DNA from: an uncultured Rhodospirillaceae bacterium | GTDB lineage: Bacteria; Pseudomonadota; Alphaproteobacteria; Rhodospirillales; Casp-alpha2 | Length of the DNA: 64,000 nucleotides | Direction: 5' to 3' | Assembly: GCA_964012715.1 (NCBI GenBank) | Contig: CAXGUG010000003.1 | Coordinates: 5,163-69,162, forward strand | Shown: in pieces, positions 62,190 to 64,000 of the stretch | Position numbering within the stretch: the first letter of the stretch is position 1 | Layout: each line of letters opens with the position of its first letter | Notes under the pieces: model-generated | What the model saw: only the letters and a program-made list of their open reading frames with translations | Database searches by the model: none | Told to the model about the DNA's origin: nothing | Position numbers and translations under genes: made by a program

Positions 62190-63329
62190 ATGGGCGTATA
62201 TAACCTTGAACGATTGACCTTCCTGCTTGTCGACGACAATCGGTTCGTCGTGAAGATCCTTCAGGACGTGCTGAAGACGCTCGGCGCGGGACAGGTCATC
62301 ACCGCTGAAAACGGGGTCGAAGCCATCGAGTTTCTCGGCGGCTACCACGGGCCTTACGGCTGCCCTGTCGATGTGATCATCTCGGATCTCGTGATGGCGC
62401 CGATCGACGGACACCTGCTGTTGAAATGGGTCCGTCAGGGCAAGGATTCTCCCAACCGCTTCATGCCGTTCATCATGATGTCGGGTGCCGCCGATACCGA
62501 ACATGTAGAAAAAGCGCGCGACGGCGGGGCCAACGAATTCCTGGCAAAACCGTTTTCCGCCCAGACGGTCTGCGACCGCATTCTCGAAGTCATCGATTTT
62601 CCGCGTCAGTTCGTCGCCACGCGCGACTATTTCGGCCCGGATCGGCATCGGCGCAACGCCCCACCGGGCACGCAGAACCGTCGCCGAATTACGGAAAAGG
62701 AAGCGACCATCGTCTATTCGTCGGATCGCGTGCGAAAGCCAAAGAACCCGGGCGACGTGTACCTATTCCGCTTGCCCAACAAGCTGAAGGAAAAGGTCGG
62801 GGGGCTGGGCATGCACCCGCCGGGTGAACTGCCGACGCGCCATCTGCAGGCCGCGGACGAACAGCTTCAACGCAAGGGGTTGGAATTCCACGATTGGGCG
62901 CTTGGCTATCTTGCGACGTTGTCGAGCATTTGCGAGCGCGCCATGAAGCAATCGGAAGAACACCGTGCGCGCCACTTCAAGAACATCAACCTGCTGGCCC
63001 ACGAATTGCGCGGGCAGGGCGGCACCTTCGGGTATCCGATCATCACCAGCGTCGGGGAAATGCTCTACAAGACGACCCTGGCGCCTTGTCCGACCGAAGA
63101 TCGCGCGGTCAAGGTCATCAAGGCCCATATCGACACCATGCGCTCGGTATTCCGCGACAAGGTCAAGGGCGACGGCGGCGAAATCGGTGTCGAGTTGATG
63201 AAGGACCTGCGCAAGGCAATCCGCAAGTATATGACGGACGCTGCCCTCGACCCCGCGCCGGAAGAAATAGAGCCTGAGGTGGAGCCGAACGGCGCCGCAC
63301 GGAACTTCCGTCCCAGTCAGATCGACTAA
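62190..63329 (+). CDS. response regulator receiver fused to an Hpt-like domain
   Basis: The REC domain has LLVDDNRFV, VIISDLVMAPIDG and FLAKPF. The C-terminal four-helix-like region carries LAHELRGQGGTFGYP (HxxKG-type phosphotransfer motif, His codon at 63000-63002). A GTG at 62187 is also possible. Confidence 0.8.
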   Translation: MGVYNLERLTFLLVDDNRFVVKILQDVLKTLGAGQVITAENGVEAIEFLGGYHGPYGCPVDVIISDLVMAPIDGHLLLKWVRQGKDSPNRFMPFIMMSGAADTEHVEKARDGGANEFLAKPFSAQTVCDRILEVIDFPRQFVATRDYFGPDRHRRNAPPGTQNRRRITEKEATIVYSSDRVRKPKNPGDVYLFRLPNKLKEKVGGLGMHPPGELPTRHLQAADEQLQRKGLEFHDWALGYLATLSSICERAMKQSEEHRARHFKNINLLAHELRGQGGTFGYPIITSVGEMLYKTTLAPCPTEDRAVKVIKAHIDTMRSVFRDKVKGDGGEIGVELMKDLRKAIRKYMTDAALDPAPEEIEPEVEPNGAARNFRPSQID

Positions 63330-63350
63330 CCGTCGATGGATTGATGGGTG

Positions 63351-64000
63351 TCAGGCGCCCTCGATCTCTTCCCGCTTCATTTCCAGCAACAGCCATTCCT
63401 CTTCCATTTCGGCAAGTTGGTCTTCGGCCTTTTGCAGGGCGTCCGCCGTCTTGGAAAAGCGATCCGGATCGCGGGCGTAAAGCTGCGGATCGGCCAGTGT
63501 CTTTTTGTGGCCCGCGATTTCTTCTTCCAGCTTGCTCATCTTGCCCGGCAGGGTTTTCAGGGCATGGCTTTCGTTGAAGCTGAGCTTCTTCTTATCCTTG
63601 GGTTTGGCTTTCTGATCGCTGCCGTCGGCGGGCACCGCCTTGGGCTTTTCCTTTTTACCTGCCTGGCCCTGACGGTCCGGCATTTCGCCGCGCTGCGCCA
63701 GCATGTCCGAATAGCCTCCGGGGTATTCCCGCCACTGCCCGTCGCCTTCCCAGGCGATGACCGAGGTCACGACCCGGTCGATGAAATCGCGGTCGTGGCT
63801 GACAAGCAGGACCGCGCCCTCGTAATCGGCGAGCATTTCCTGCAACAGGTCCAGGGTCTCGAGATCCAGGTCGTTGGTCGGTTCGTCCAGCACCAACAGG
63901 TTCGACGGCCGGGCCAGGGCGCGGGCCAGCATCAGGCGGCCGCGCTCCCCACCCGACAACTCGCTGATCGGCGTCGGCGCTTGTTCCGGCGAAAACAGAA
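63351..64000 (-). CDS. ABC-F family ATPase (Uup-like), C-terminal part; 5' end lies outside the window
   Basis: The frame is open to the window edge (..ISELSGGERGRLMLARAL..LVLDEPTNDLD..LLVSHDRDFI). The C-terminus is a Lys/Glu-rich coiled-coil tail. Confidence 0.85.
   Translation of the reverse strand, partial: LFSPEQAPTPISELSGGERGRLMLARALARPSNLLVLDEPTNDLDLETLDLLQEMLADYEGAVLLVSHDRDFIDRVVTSVIAWEGDGQWREYPGGYSDMLAQRGEMPDRQGQAGKKEKPKAVPADGSDQKAKPKDKKKLSFNESHALKTLPGKMSKLEEEIAGHKKTLADPQLYARDPDRFSKTADALQKAEDQLAEMEEEWLLLEMKREEIEGA

Noticed and set aside
1-64000. Search for mobile elements, prophage genes, integrases, tRNA/rRNA genes and toxin-antitoxin pairs.
   Set aside because: No transposase, integrase or phage-like translations were seen. 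No terminal inverted repeats flank any block, and no tRNA-like T-arm (GGTTCGAATCC-type) motifs were seen in the intergenic regions. AT-rich patches are short and promoter-sized.

Overview
High-GC chromosomal segment with alphaproteobacterial (Rhodospirillales-like) gene content. It is densely coded on both strands and has many 4-nt start/stop overlaps (ATGA/GTGA). I found no rRNA, tRNA, CRISPR array, transposase or integrase. Recognisable content, in order: (1) the tail of a NAGGN osmoprotectant locus (Ngg ATP-grasp part and M42 peptidase) followed by gamma-glutamyltransferase; (2) the assimilatory sulfite-reduction cluster cysG-DUF2849-cysI-DUF934; (3) a membrane class III nucleotide cyclase with an unusual N-terminal region, flanked by two secreted serine proteases; (4) an IclR-controlled cluster of TauD-like dioxygenase, CoA-acylating aldehyde dehydrogenase, succinyl-CoA-synthetase-like ligase and NfsA-like reductase; (5) a two-subunit bacterioferritin, a di-haem peroxidase, an SNF transporter and an MCP; (6) an enolase-superfamily/TauE/AEC operon; (7) a DUF3604-like/VOC pair; (8) a GntR-controlled succinate dehydrogenase/fumarate reductase-like complex with a split class I hydro-lyase nested inside it; (9) a taurine module (tauR-xsc, methyltransferase-pta, divergent aminotransferase); (10) an EF-hand protein next to an OmpR/histidine kinase pair whose sensor loop is His/Asp-rich; (11) three tandem paralogous proteins with a degenerate EAL-like C-terminal half and a GGDEF-like N-terminal half, followed by a secreted DUF2927-like protein; (12) a DUF1611/epimerase pair, a REC-Hpt fusion and a partial ABC-F gene. 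The candidates I consider most novel are the triplicated degenerate GGDEF/EAL-like module with its adjacent Ca/metal-type two-component system, the SDH/FRD-like plus hydro-lyase operon, and the SCS-like/acylating-ALDH/TauD cluster. All calls come from reading the translations and the DNA by eye. No database search was run.
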